IMG/VR virus record: IMGVR_UViG_3300035156_000175
Location: 1 to 64,000 of that record
DNA length: 64,000 bases
Strand: one strand, 5' to 3'
From: a virus
The notes under the pieces were generated by a model. It was not told where the DNA came from, ran no database searches, and worked only from the letters and a program-made list of their open reading frames with translations. Shown here piece by piece: positions 51,161 through 59,257 of this stretch; positions within the stretch are counted from its first letter, which is position 1, and each line of letters begins with the position of its first letter. Position numbers and translations under genes: made by a program.

Positions 51161-54100
51161 GCTGCCTCCTTCTCAAGTTGGGCCAAGTCACGCTTGGTCT
51201 GGTTGGCATACATCTTTTCAATGCCTGCTTCAATCGCCTCGCGCGAAGGCACCGGACCAATCTCTGTCTGGTTATAGAAGTCCAAGCCGAACGAGATGTC
51301 GCCTTCGATTGGTACTTTCATGCCGCCGTATGGCGCCACCATCGCAGCGTGAAAGCGGGGCAGGAAAGCCACCAAATCACAGATGCGCACTGACGCCACC
51401 AGCTCATCGTGAATCGGGCCGATATAGACAGCGTCAAAATCATAAAAGAGCCCGTCAGCCCAGCAACGCCCTTCCGCCATCTTGGTCTGCTCAGCGGCAG
51501 AGCCCTGAATCCGGAAGTTCACCGCCTGGCGCTCGGCCTTGGAAGCGATCCACTTGTCGCCGCCAGTAATGGCCGACCCCAGGTGACGCACCGCGCCCAT
51601 CATCGAACGCACAACGCCAGTCTCTTTCACATCGCTGATGACCTGCTCTTTCCACTCCTGCGCCACCGCGAACATCGCTTCGCGCGCGTCGAGATATGCC
51701 TGGGCGTCCTCTTCCGAGATCATCAGCGTCAGGGCAACCTTCTGCGCCATCGCGCCGTACTCGGCCGTGAAGTTGAGCTTTTTGCCGAGGTTACGGATCT
51801 TCTTCACCCACTTGAATTCAGGATGATTCTCGTCGCCGTAGGCAGCGGCAAATACGTCATACGACCAGTCGCTGTTCGGGTCTTCGCGCTGCGCAATAGC
51901 CGAACCGGTCAGCGTGTGCTGGTCGCGCTTGTTCTCGCCGATGTACATCGACAGCATGACCGGATCCTGCGACTGGTCCGCCATGATGCGCAGCTCTTGA
52001 GCCTTGAAGTCGATCGACACGATGACAGCATCTGGCCGGTGCGGCACGATGACCTCACGGAAACGCGACGCGTGACCTTCGATCTTCGGGTGCTTCGGCA
52101 GCTGCTGCTTGTTCGGCCGCGACTCCGACGCGCGCCGGGTGTTGGTCGCTGACTGGTTATGCGAGGAGCGCACCTTGCCATCCTTCCAGTGCGGGAAGTA
52201 TGGGTACTTGGCGTAGTAGAGCGAGCGGCGGGTACCGACCATCGCCATCAGCTGCAGCGCCTTGAGCACTTCAACTTGCTCTGGCGTGCACTCCTGTAGG
52301 GCGTAAGCGATTGCCAGGGTGTCAGTCTTTGGTGTGCCCTCCGTGATGCCGTTCTTGCGCATCAGCTCGGTCGGCTTGTTGCGCACGCGCACCGGCAGAT
52401 CCATCACTTCATACATCAGCTTTTGCATCTGCTTCGGCGAGCCGTCATTGAAGGTCGGCTCACCTTTGAAGAAGCGTCGCACATAGACTGTGAAGTCCCG
52501 CGCCGCGCGCGAAGTAACCGACGGATCAGCTGCGCCGGCGTCACGCGCCAAAGCCGCTTGCGCCTCCACCAGCGGTTCCAGCATGCCAGCGAACTGCGTC
52601 TCGCCCTCAACTTCACGCGCAAACGTGACGAGCTTGGATGGCGTGCGCATCTGCGTATCCATCGTGCGGCCAGTGCAGATCTCGAATGCTTCCTTGATTT
52701 GCGCCGGCGTGATGTCGACGGTATAGGTCGGCGGCTGCGTGCCGACCCAGCCCTGCTCAATCAGGTAGCCGCGCAAGGTGCCCCAAGCCGCTTCGTACGT
52801 TTTGTCGTCGTCGCGCGAGAGCTCATTCATCTTCTCGAGAGAGATGTCGACACCGTCGATGAACGACTTGGCATGCATGTAGAGCGCGCCAAGTTCCACC
52901 TGCCGGTAGACTTCATAGGTGTGCTCGAACTGCATGAACAACTTGTAGAAGTTGTGCAGCGCGATCGTGCAACGTGTGTCGTCGGCGCCATAGCCAAGTA
53001 CCCAGTCCGCCGGCAGCTCATTCATCTTGTACTGGCGCGTCTCGGTAGCGATGACCAGCTCACCCGCTTCGTCCAGCACCTGCTCGGTTTTGTACACCTG
53101 CGTCGGCTCGACGCCGGCGGCCAGTGCTTCATCGTCGAGCGGCTCGAAGATGCCGGTCGGTACCTGACGCGTGGCGTAGGCATAGGAGATGTGGCGCCCG
53201 CCTGGAAACAGATCATCCGGATGCGCGGTCAGCCTCGTCGTTTCAGCGAAGGTCTGCTGCACATAGCCCAGCGTGCCGTGCGAACGCTGCTTCAAGCCGC
53301 GCGGGATGTTCTCATCAACGTAGGACGCCTCGAGCGCCGTATCGAGCACATTCGGCAGGAAGCCGTGATAGCCATTGTCCATCTGACGCCCGGCCCACTC
53401 ATTGAACAGCACCGGCAGCTCAAACAGCGCGTTCTGGATGATCAGCGGGATCTCGCGCGGGATAGCCGCGATGAACTGGCGCAGGTCTTCCGACGCGATG
53501 TTGTTGGTGTTGGCGTGGTCCACCGAGAAGTACAGCGTGTACTGGTTGTTGTCGCCAAACGTCAGGCCCAGGCCAGTCAGGGTTGAGCCGAAAGTATCGA
53601 CACCATCGACGTCGCCGATGGCGGCGAGCCAGTCATCGGCTTCGTCCGGAGTGGACGTCTCGATGTCGAGCGCGATCTCGCGCGAGGCTAAGATCAGGGG
53701 AATCGCCCAGTCGCAGGCGGCGGCGAAGTTGTCGGCGGTGACCAGGCGGCAGACGCCGTACCACTGCTTCAGGCGCATGTCGTCATGCTTCTGGCGCATG
53801 CGCACCATGCCCGGCTCCCACTGCAGCGGCTGACGCATCGTGTTGACCCACTGCGGGCGCAGGCGCGCTAGGTCAAACGAGTTGAGCACCTGCGGCGCCT
53901 GGTCGTAGATCTTCTGGAGCAGCTTGTCGCCGCAGATGGCGTTGTACAGCGGGTCAAGGTTTGACGCCTCCAGCATGTCCTGGATCTCGCGCACGCCGTC
54001 TTCGCCATAGGCCGCCAGGATCTTCTCCCAAGCGCCTGGGCCGAAGCCGATGCAACCCTTGATGTTGTCTGAGCTGTCGCCAACGAGCGCCTTGTAAGTG

Positions 54101-54669
54101 GTGACCAGGTCGTAATCGAAGGTGCCGTACTTGTTGTACTCGACCATGTGATTGATCCAGGTCCGCACCTTGACGCCGAACTGGTTCGTCTTGTTCAGCA
54201 CCGTCAAGTCGTTGTCGAACGTGACGATGACCATCGGCGTCTCGGTGTTGTTGGCCAGCCAGCCCAGGGTATCGTCGCCCTCGGCGAAGTCCTGCCACAT
54301 CGTCTGCGCGCCGAGACCCTTCCAGGTCTCTTTGAGCATCTCGCGCATCTTGTCAAACTCGACATACGCTTCCGGCGGGCGACTGCCGGCGCCGCCGCCC
54401 TTGTAATCCTTGTTGATCAGCAGGCGCTGGCCCTTGGAATTCTTGCCCTCGAAGACCAGGATGCAGTCGATCGGCACGGCCTTGAATTCCTTGAGCACGT
54501 CCAGCATCCGATTCATGCAGCGGTCGTAGCCGTAATCGGCGCTGTTGATGTAGACCTGCTTGCCTTCATGCTCGACGTGAAAGCCGTTCTCGCTGTCGGT
54601 GCCGCCTGACAGGTGCGTCCAGATGAACGAGCTCATGTCGAACGACAGGAGTGTTTGTGGTTTGATCAT
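51157..54669 (-). CDS. polA: family A DNA polymerase with N-terminal 5'-3' exonuclease and 3'-5' exonuclease domains (1170 aa)
   Basis: ExoI ALDIETS, ExoIII YGADD, motif A DFKAQELRIMA, motif B KKLNFTAEYG and motif C IHDELV. I prefer the ATG at 54669, preceded by AAGGAG. Confidence 0.9.
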   Translation of the reverse strand: MIKPQTLLSFDMSSFIWTHLSGGTDSENGFHVEHEGKQVYINSADYGYDRCMNRMLDVLKEFKAVPIDCILVFEGKNSKGQRLLINKDYKGGGAGSRPPEAYVEFDKMREMLKETWKGLGAQTMWQDFAEGDDTLGWLANNTETPMVIVTFDNDLTVLNKTNQFGVKVRTWINHMVEYNKYGTFDYDLVTTYKALVGDSSDNIKGCIGFGPGAWEKILAAYGEDGVREIQDMLEASNLDPLYNAICGDKLLQKIYDQAPQVLNSFDLARLRPQWVNTMRQPLQWEPGMVRMRQKHDDMRLKQWYGVCRLVTADNFAAACDWAIPLILASREIALDIETSTPDEADDWLAAIGDVDGVDTFGSTLTGLGLTFGDNNQYTLYFSVDHANTNNIASEDLRQFIAAIPREIPLIIQNALFELPVLFNEWAGRQMDNGYHGFLPNVLDTALEASYVDENIPRGLKQRSHGTLGYVQQTFAETTRLTAHPDDLFPGGRHISYAYATRQVPTGIFEPLDDEALAAGVEPTQVYKTEQVLDEAGELVIATETRQYKMNELPADWVLGYGADDTRCTIALHNFYKLFMQFEHTYEVYRQVELGALYMHAKSFIDGVDISLEKMNELSRDDDKTYEAAWGTLRGYLIEQGWVGTQPPTYTVDITPAQIKEAFEICTGRTMDTQMRTPSKLVTFAREVEGETQFAGMLEPLVEAQAALARDAGAADPSVTSRAARDFTVYVRRFFKGEPTFNDGSPKQMQKLMYEVMDLPVRVRNKPTELMRKNGITEGTPKTDTLAIAYALQECTPEQVEVLKALQLMAMVGTRRSLYYAKYPYFPHWKDGKVRSSHNQSATNTRRASESRPNKQQLPKHPKIEGHASRFREVIVPHRPDAVIVSIDFKAQELRIMADQSQDPVMLSMYIGENKRDQHTLTGSAIAQREDPNSDWSYDVFAAAYGDENHPEFKWVKKIRNLGKKLNFTAEYGAMAQKVALTLMISEEDAQAYLDAREAMFAVAQEWKEQVISDVKETGVVRSMMGAVRHLGSAITGGDKWIASKAERQAVNFRIQGSAAEQTKMAEGRCWADGLFYDFDAVYIGPIHDELVASVRICDLVAFLPRFHAAMVAPYGGMKVPIEGDISFGLDFYNQTEIGPVPSREAIEAGIEKMYANQTKRDLAQLEKEAA

Positions 54670-54824
54670 GGGCAGCTCCTTGAGGCGATGATGGTGGCGG
54701 CGGCGCCCCACACATAGGCGATGGTCAGGTAGTGCAGAGCAACTGCTCGATTTTTGCGAGCAGCGGCCGTCAGCAGCGCGAACAGAACGGCCATGACCAG
54801 GCAGAATATGGTGCCGACGCTCAC
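54666..54824 (-). CDS. small two-TMD membrane protein (52 aa)
   Basis: ORF track 54666..54866. I prefer the GTG at 54824, which overlaps the upstream stop (GTGA). Hydrophobic throughout. Confidence 0.4.
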   Translation of the reverse strand: MSVGTIFCLVMAVLFALLTAAARKNRAVALHYLTIAYVWGAAATIIASRSCP

Positions 54825-55084
54825 AGCAGACCCCGCTTCCTGCGTGCGTCCTGCAGGATTTGGCAAGGTGTGCAGCGCGTGCGGCCCATCTCTACGCGCA
54901 GCGGTGCAAGTGCCTCGCCGCAGTCTTCCTCGACGCAGTGCGTCACCTTGACGTGATTGCCGTCCTTGTCCTTTGGCGTCTGCGGCGCCAGCGCCGCTTC
55001 AGCCGCCTTGCGCCCGGCCAGGTTCAGCTGCTCCTGCAGGTGGGAGGCAAGCTCCAGATCGTCTGCTGTCTTTTCGTATGTCAT
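54821..55084 (-). CDS. TraR/DksA-family C4 zinc-finger protein (87 aa)
   Basis: C-x4-C...C-x2-C pattern in HCVEEDCGEALAPLRVEMGRTRCTPCQ. Confidence 0.7.
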   Translation of the reverse strand: MTYEKTADDLELASHLQEQLNLAGRKAAEAALAPQTPKDKDGNHVKVTHCVEEDCGEALAPLRVEMGRTRCTPCQILQDARRKRGLL

Positions 55085-55638
55085 GGCTTATTCCCGTACG
55101 TGTGGGCCAGGCGGCGCTCGCAAGTGAGCACCAGGCAGCTGATCACCTGTTTTTTGGTTTCTTCAAAATTTCCGCTGTTGTCGATGACGCCGTCACGCTC
55201 ATCGACAGTCACACCGGCCTCGGAGGCGTGCGCTCCGTTGGCGCCCAGATTCACAGAGCGTCCACGGATATGCAGCACGCGGCCGCCGATGCTGCGCACC
55301 ATCTCGGCTTCGTTCTCAAAACGAACGTCCGAGATGACGATACGGTCGGTGCTGCGCCGGCAGCGCAGCGCCATCGCCTTGACCCAGATATCAGGGTCAA
55401 GGCCCCGGCCCCATTCCGTACCCAGTCGCTGCGCGGCCTCGCGCCACGTGAAGTCAAAGCCCGGGATGATCTTCTCCTTGTCGTCCCGGTTGATCGGCTC
55501 GGGAAAGCCCATCGCTGCCATGCCGGCCTTGAGCGGGCCGGCCATCGACATCTTGACGTAGCCGTAGCGCATGACCAAAAAGTCTGCGACGGTATCCTTT
55601 CCTGCGCCGGCGGGGCCGGTAGTTGCGATGACGTTCAT
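55081..55638 (-). CDS. deoxynucleoside monophosphate kinase (T4 gp1-like)
   Basis: GPAGAGKDTVADFL resembles the N-terminal motif of the T4 gp1 dNMP kinase as I recall it (a Gly-rich P-loop ending GKDT.ADF). Confidence 0.7.
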   Translation of the reverse strand: MNVIATTGPAGAGKDTVADFLVMRYGYVKMSMAGPLKAGMAAMGFPEPINRDDKEKIIPGFDFTWREAAQRLGTEWGRGLDPDIWVKAMALRCRRSTDRIVISDVRFENEAEMVRSIGGRVLHIRGRSVNLGANGAHASEAGVTVDERDGVIDNSGNFEETKKQVISCLVLTCERRLAHTYGNKP

Positions 55639-56690
55639 GTCGTCTCTTTCAGTTGGCGCATCTCTGCCGGGATGCGTGTGTTGTATTCCTGGAGGAGCCA
55701 GGCCTCAATCTGCTCGGCCTTGCCCTTGGCCAGTGTGAATGGGTAGGGCGAGCCGGAGAAAATGTGCTGCTTGAATTTGCCCGCTGAGAGCGGACTTGGC
55801 ACCAGCAAGCTGTGCAGCACCTGCAGCTTGACGCGGTCCGAGAGAGACTTGTCGCGCATCGTCTCGATCGAGTCACGGTAGGTACGCTCCACTTCGCGCT
55901 GGCGCGCTGCGTCAATCGGCGCCACATACATCGACTGCACCAGCTCAGGGCAGTAGCTGCCCATGGTCAGCAGGCGCAAGGACTGCAGCGCCAGGTCGAT
56001 GGCATCGAAGTTGCGTGGAAAGCTCTTCCGGTGCATGTGCAGCACCGAGCGCAGTGATGCGATCTGGTCATAGGCGCAGTCCGTTTTGGCGTCGCCGCGC
56101 GGCATGGACAGAAATTCTTGCACCATGCCGGGGTAGGGCTGACGCCAAGCGCTGTCGATGGCCGGCCGGCCAGCCTTTACGCCAAGGATCTGGCCATCGA
56201 TCTCGGCGTAATAGTTGTCGTCATCCGACACCACGCGCGCCACCGGCAGAGACGTCACCGCGGTATGCGCCACTTCCAGCGCCAGGATCAGGCCGGTGGT
56301 CTCTTCCAGGTACGCAGGGTAGCCGGATGGGACTGAGAAGCGCAGCGCGCGCTGGCCGACCTTCACCTTGGGCATGAACTTGCCGCAGGGCGCCAGAGCG
56401 CCACGATTGAGCAGGCGTCCTGGGGTGCTCCACATCATTTCGTCAGTGGCTTTCCAGAAGCGCAGCAGGTCTTCCGTTTTCAGGTTGAGCGGCGTGTCGA
56501 GATAGTCCTGCAGCGGGGCACCGTTCAACAGCTGCGGCGCAAGCAGGGGCGGCGCCTGCCAGGGCAGGTCCGAGACCTCGATCTTGCCGGGGTTCTTTTC
56601 TTCGAGCGTCAGGTTGGAGGCGGCAAAAGCGTCTGCGACCGCTTTTGCCAGCGCCCGGACCTGGCCCGCAGGGGTAGTCCAGTGCGCCAT
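55635..56690 (-). CDS. orphan 351-aa protein in the nucleotide-metabolism operon
   Basis: ORF track. ATGA overlap with the kinase gene and a 3-nt gap after the MazG gene. No motif I can assign. Confidence 0.75.
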   Translation of the reverse strand: MAHWTTPAGQVRALAKAVADAFAASNLTLEEKNPGKIEVSDLPWQAPPLLAPQLLNGAPLQDYLDTPLNLKTEDLLRFWKATDEMMWSTPGRLLNRGALAPCGKFMPKVKVGQRALRFSVPSGYPAYLEETTGLILALEVAHTAVTSLPVARVVSDDDNYYAEIDGQILGVKAGRPAIDSAWRQPYPGMVQEFLSMPRGDAKTDCAYDQIASLRSVLHMHRKSFPRNFDAIDLALQSLRLLTMGSYCPELVQSMYVAPIDAARQREVERTYRDSIETMRDKSLSDRVKLQVLHSLLVPSPLSAGKFKQHIFSGSPYPFTLAKGKAEQIEAWLLQEYNTRIPAEMRQLKETT

Positions 56691-56693
56691 GGC

Positions 56694-57311
56694 TTACGAG
56701 TTCCGAGCGTCCAAGCCGCCCTTGTCCGCGCGCGCCTCAGCCGCTTCATTCGAGTAGGCGTCAGGAAAGCGCAGGCGCAGCTTCTCGATGTTCTCGCCGG
56801 CGATCTGATCGATCGAAATGCCGACCAGCGCCGACAGATCGATCAGTGCCGACATGACAGAGACCAGATACTCGCCCACGACACGCTTGTCGCCCTCGCC
56901 CAGCTCTGTTACTCCAACGAAGCGGCCGGTGATCGTCAGCGCGCTGAAGCTGCCCACGGCGGCCGACAGGTCGAGCGTCGTCAGCTCCAGCACCTCCAAA
57001 GCATAGGAGTTCGCGCGTGTCGGCATGTTGAACAGGTCTTCCATGCTGACCTGGGCGACATCAGCGGCGATGGCCACGTACCACAGGACGTCGCCGATCT
57101 CTTCGCCGATATGCTGGGCACGGGTCAGGTTCGTCTTTGGGTCGACATCGGCCAGGCCCTTGCCGTAGATGACCATGCGCTTCACTTCCGTGGCGATCTC
57201 GCCGGTTTCAGTGATCAGGCCCAAGGCGGCATGCGCCAGGCGATCGATGCTGGTCGGCAGCGGCTTTTCGGTGCGGAGGGCGTTGACTTGATAGTTAGCG
57301 ATGTTGTTCAT
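56694..57311 (-). CDS. mazG: MazG-like nucleotide pyrophosphohydrolase (205 aa)
   Basis: EEIGDVLWY (EExxD) and GLITETGEI motifs. The length suggests two MazG-like halves. Confidence 0.75.
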   Translation of the reverse strand: MNNIANYQVNALRTEKPLPTSIDRLAHAALGLITETGEIATEVKRMVIYGKGLADVDPKTNLTRAQHIGEEIGDVLWYVAIAADVAQVSMEDLFNMPTRANSYALEVLELTTLDLSAAVGSFSALTITGRFVGVTELGEGDKRVVGEYLVSVMSALIDLSALVGISIDQIAGENIEKLRLRFPDAYSNEAAEARADKGGLDARNS

Positions 57312-57547
57312 TTTTCTTCTTTCAGTTCGGTGGTGGTTTGGAGGTACTTCGTAAATTCGAGCATCTCAAGCTCTGTGGCGTCGCGCGGTGGAGTCTGGGT
57401 GAGGTCGTAACGCTCACCGGTGACCGTTACAGCCTCCTCGACGGCGATCCGGATCGTCAAGGACTTGACGTTGTCACCAGGCTTGAAGCCAAAGATCTTG
57501 AGCAGAGGATCGATCCATGGCTGGCCAAAAGGGGTGGCGACCGTCAC
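57308..57547 (-). CDS. hypothetical protein (79 aa)
   Basis: ORF track 57308..57697. I prefer the GTG at 57547, which overlaps the upstream stop (GTGA). Confidence 0.5.
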   Translation of the reverse strand: MTVATPFGQPWIDPLLKIFGFKPGDNVKSLTIRIAVEEAVTVTGERYDLTQTPPRDATELEMLEFTKYLQTTTELKEEK

Positions 57548-58281
57548 GCTGCCACCTTCTTTTTCGATACGCCGTTGGTCTTCATGACCTTCTCGACGCT
57601 GTTGCGCAGATTCTTCTCCAGGTCGGGCAGACCCCAGAGCCATTGCAGGTAGGAGGCCGGCAGCTGGAGCATCAACTTGCCTGCGTGCTGGCCCCAAGGC
57701 ATGCGATGCACCGTGGTGTCGGCCGTCGCATGGAAGTCGCGCAGGGTGCGGTTCGTGTTGGAGAGGATCTCTCGCAGCAGGCGGTGCGTCGTGGCCACGT
57801 CAGCCATCGCGCGGTGAGCCTCGTTCTTTGGAAAGCCGAAGTGCTCGCGCAAGGTGCCGAGCTTGTGGTCACCGACTTCAGACTTGGGCCACATCTGACG
57901 CGAGTGGAACAGGGTGCAGATCGATGAGGTGATGTCACCGATCATCTGCAGGCGCGGCACGTCGAACGGCGCGTTGTGGCAGATCATGACGATCTGGCGG
58001 CCATCGAAGCGGCCATCCAGATAGCCTGGCGTCTCGATGAATTCCTGCATCGTCGGCGCGTCCACCAGCATCTCGGCGCTGATGCCGTGAATCTCCTGGG
58101 CCACGGCGCCGATGGGGCACTGGCAGTCGATGAGCGACTGCACTTCATCGATCGTCTCGAGCGTGTCAGGGTCGATCTCGCGCAGCGCAAGTTCGCAGAT
58201 GCCTTCCTCGACCTTCAGGCCAGGTGTTTCCGTGTCGGCGATCACCCAGGCGATGGGCCGATTGTCTTGATTTTCAAGCAA
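57544..58281 (-). CDS. DEDDh 3'-5' exonuclease (DnaQ-like) with a DUF3820-like C-terminal tail
   Basis: ExoI ADTETPG, ExoII HNAPFD and ExoIII HRAMADV. I prefer the TTG at 58281, preceded by GAGGAG, because the upstream part of the track ORF is occupied by a terminator. Confidence 0.75.
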   Translation of the reverse strand: MLENQDNRPIAWVIADTETPGLKVEEGICELALREIDPDTLETIDEVQSLIDCQCPIGAVAQEIHGISAEMLVDAPTMQEFIETPGYLDGRFDGRQIVMICHNAPFDVPRLQMIGDITSSICTLFHSRQMWPKSEVGDHKLGTLREHFGFPKNEAHRAMADVATTHRLLREILSNTNRTLRDFHATADTTVHRMPWGQHAGKLMLQLPASYLQWLWGLPDLEKNLRNSVEKVMKTNGVSKKKVAA

Positions 58282-58300
58282 GTTGTTCTCCTCTAGGTAT

Positions 58301-58325
58301 GAAAAAAGCACCCCGGAGGGTGCTT
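58301..58325 (-). terminator. intrinsic terminator inside the replication arm
   Basis: Minus strand reads AAGCACCC-TCCG-GGGTGCTT followed by TTTTTT. Confidence 0.75.
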
Positions 58326-58343
58326 TGTACTTCGCGACGCGGA

Positions 58344-59147
58344 TCAGTCAACCCAGCGGCTGAAGTTGCCGATGGTCCAGTCCTTGCCGTTGGCGCTGGC
58401 CGGAGCGCATTCGATCTTGATGCGGTCGGCGCCTTCAGGCTGGAGCAGACCCTTGCCGATCTTGAACGCCTGATCCATCATGTAGCGATCGAAGCTGGCC
58501 TTGGTCGTCGGGGCGATGCTCATCTGCACCAGGCTATCCTGCAGGTCCGGTACGGCCTTCATGCCCTTTTCGCCCATCGAGAACAGCGAGCCGCAGATCA
58601 CAGTACGCTTCGAGATTTTGGCAGCTGGATAGCCAGTGGCGATCAGCTTTGCCAGATACTCTTGGCAGTTCTCGCCCTTCGACGTGGTGATGCCGTCAGA
58701 CGAATAACGCACATGCTCTTTGCCTTCGTCGCCGTCAACGCCTGGGGAAACAACCCACTGATCCTGGTACGACAGCAGCTCGAGGCCGATAGTGTCGCCC
58801 AGCGGCTTGTTGGTCTGATTGTCCACCACGTTGCCGTTGGTGATCTTCAGGCTGCGCAGCGTGTCAAATTCCACGAAGTACGCGTTCTTCAGCGGCTCGA
58901 GAGGATTGACCATCGACTTAGGCTTGGCCACAGTACCGGCAGCGCGGGTAGCGACAGCGGTAGAGGCAGATGCGGTAGCACTCGCCGTTGCTGCAGGAGC
59001 AGCGGTTTCGGCAGCGGCGGCGGTTTCGGCAGCGCGCTGTGCAGCGGCCGCTTTCAGACGATCAGCCGGAGCCTGGACGGTGGTCTCAGCAACACCTTCG
59101 TCGCCGTCGTCAAATTGTGGTTTTGGGTTTGCTTTGTTCAGTGCCAT
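58344..59147 (-). CDS. abundant-looking early protein of unknown function; ssDNA-binding is only a guess (267 aa)
   Basis: ORF track 58344..59195. I prefer the ATG at 59147. It has its own strong promoter and terminator. The N-terminal third is Ala-rich and low-complexity. Confidence 0.7.
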   Translation of the reverse strand: MALNKANPKPQFDDGDEGVAETTVQAPADRLKAAAAQRAAETAAAAETAAPAATASATASASTAVATRAAGTVAKPKSMVNPLEPLKNAYFVEFDTLRSLKITNGNVVDNQTNKPLGDTIGLELLSYQDQWVVSPGVDGDEGKEHVRYSSDGITTSKGENCQEYLAKLIATGYPAAKISKRTVICGSLFSMGEKGMKAVPDLQDSLVQMSIAPTTKASFDRYMMDQAFKIGKGLLQPEGADRIKIECAPASANGKDWTIGNFSRWVD

Positions 59148-59227
59148 ATTATTGCCTCTATAAGTGAGATTAACGCTATCGGATTTGTCAGCCATTTATG
59201 AATCGCCGCTGACTTGGCGAGGAAAGA

Positions 59228-59256
59228 ATTATGTCAAAGAAATTGACATGTGTCAA
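59228..59256 (-). promoter_or_regulatory. strong sigma70-type promoter TTGACA-N17-CATAAT
   Basis: On the minus strand the -35 element is at 59256-59251 and the -10 element at 59233-59228. It is embedded in the inverted repeat ATGTCAA...TTGACAT. Confidence 0.6.
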
Positions 59257-59257
59257 T

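Noticed and set aside
51157-54669. Intein or intron in the unusually long (1170 aa) DNA polymerase
   Set aside because: Motifs A, B and C and the exonuclease motifs are contiguous and in order. There is no LAGLIDADG or HNH block and no Cys/Ser...His-Asn splice-junction signature. The extra length is explained by the fused 5'-3' exonuclease domain and modest insertions.
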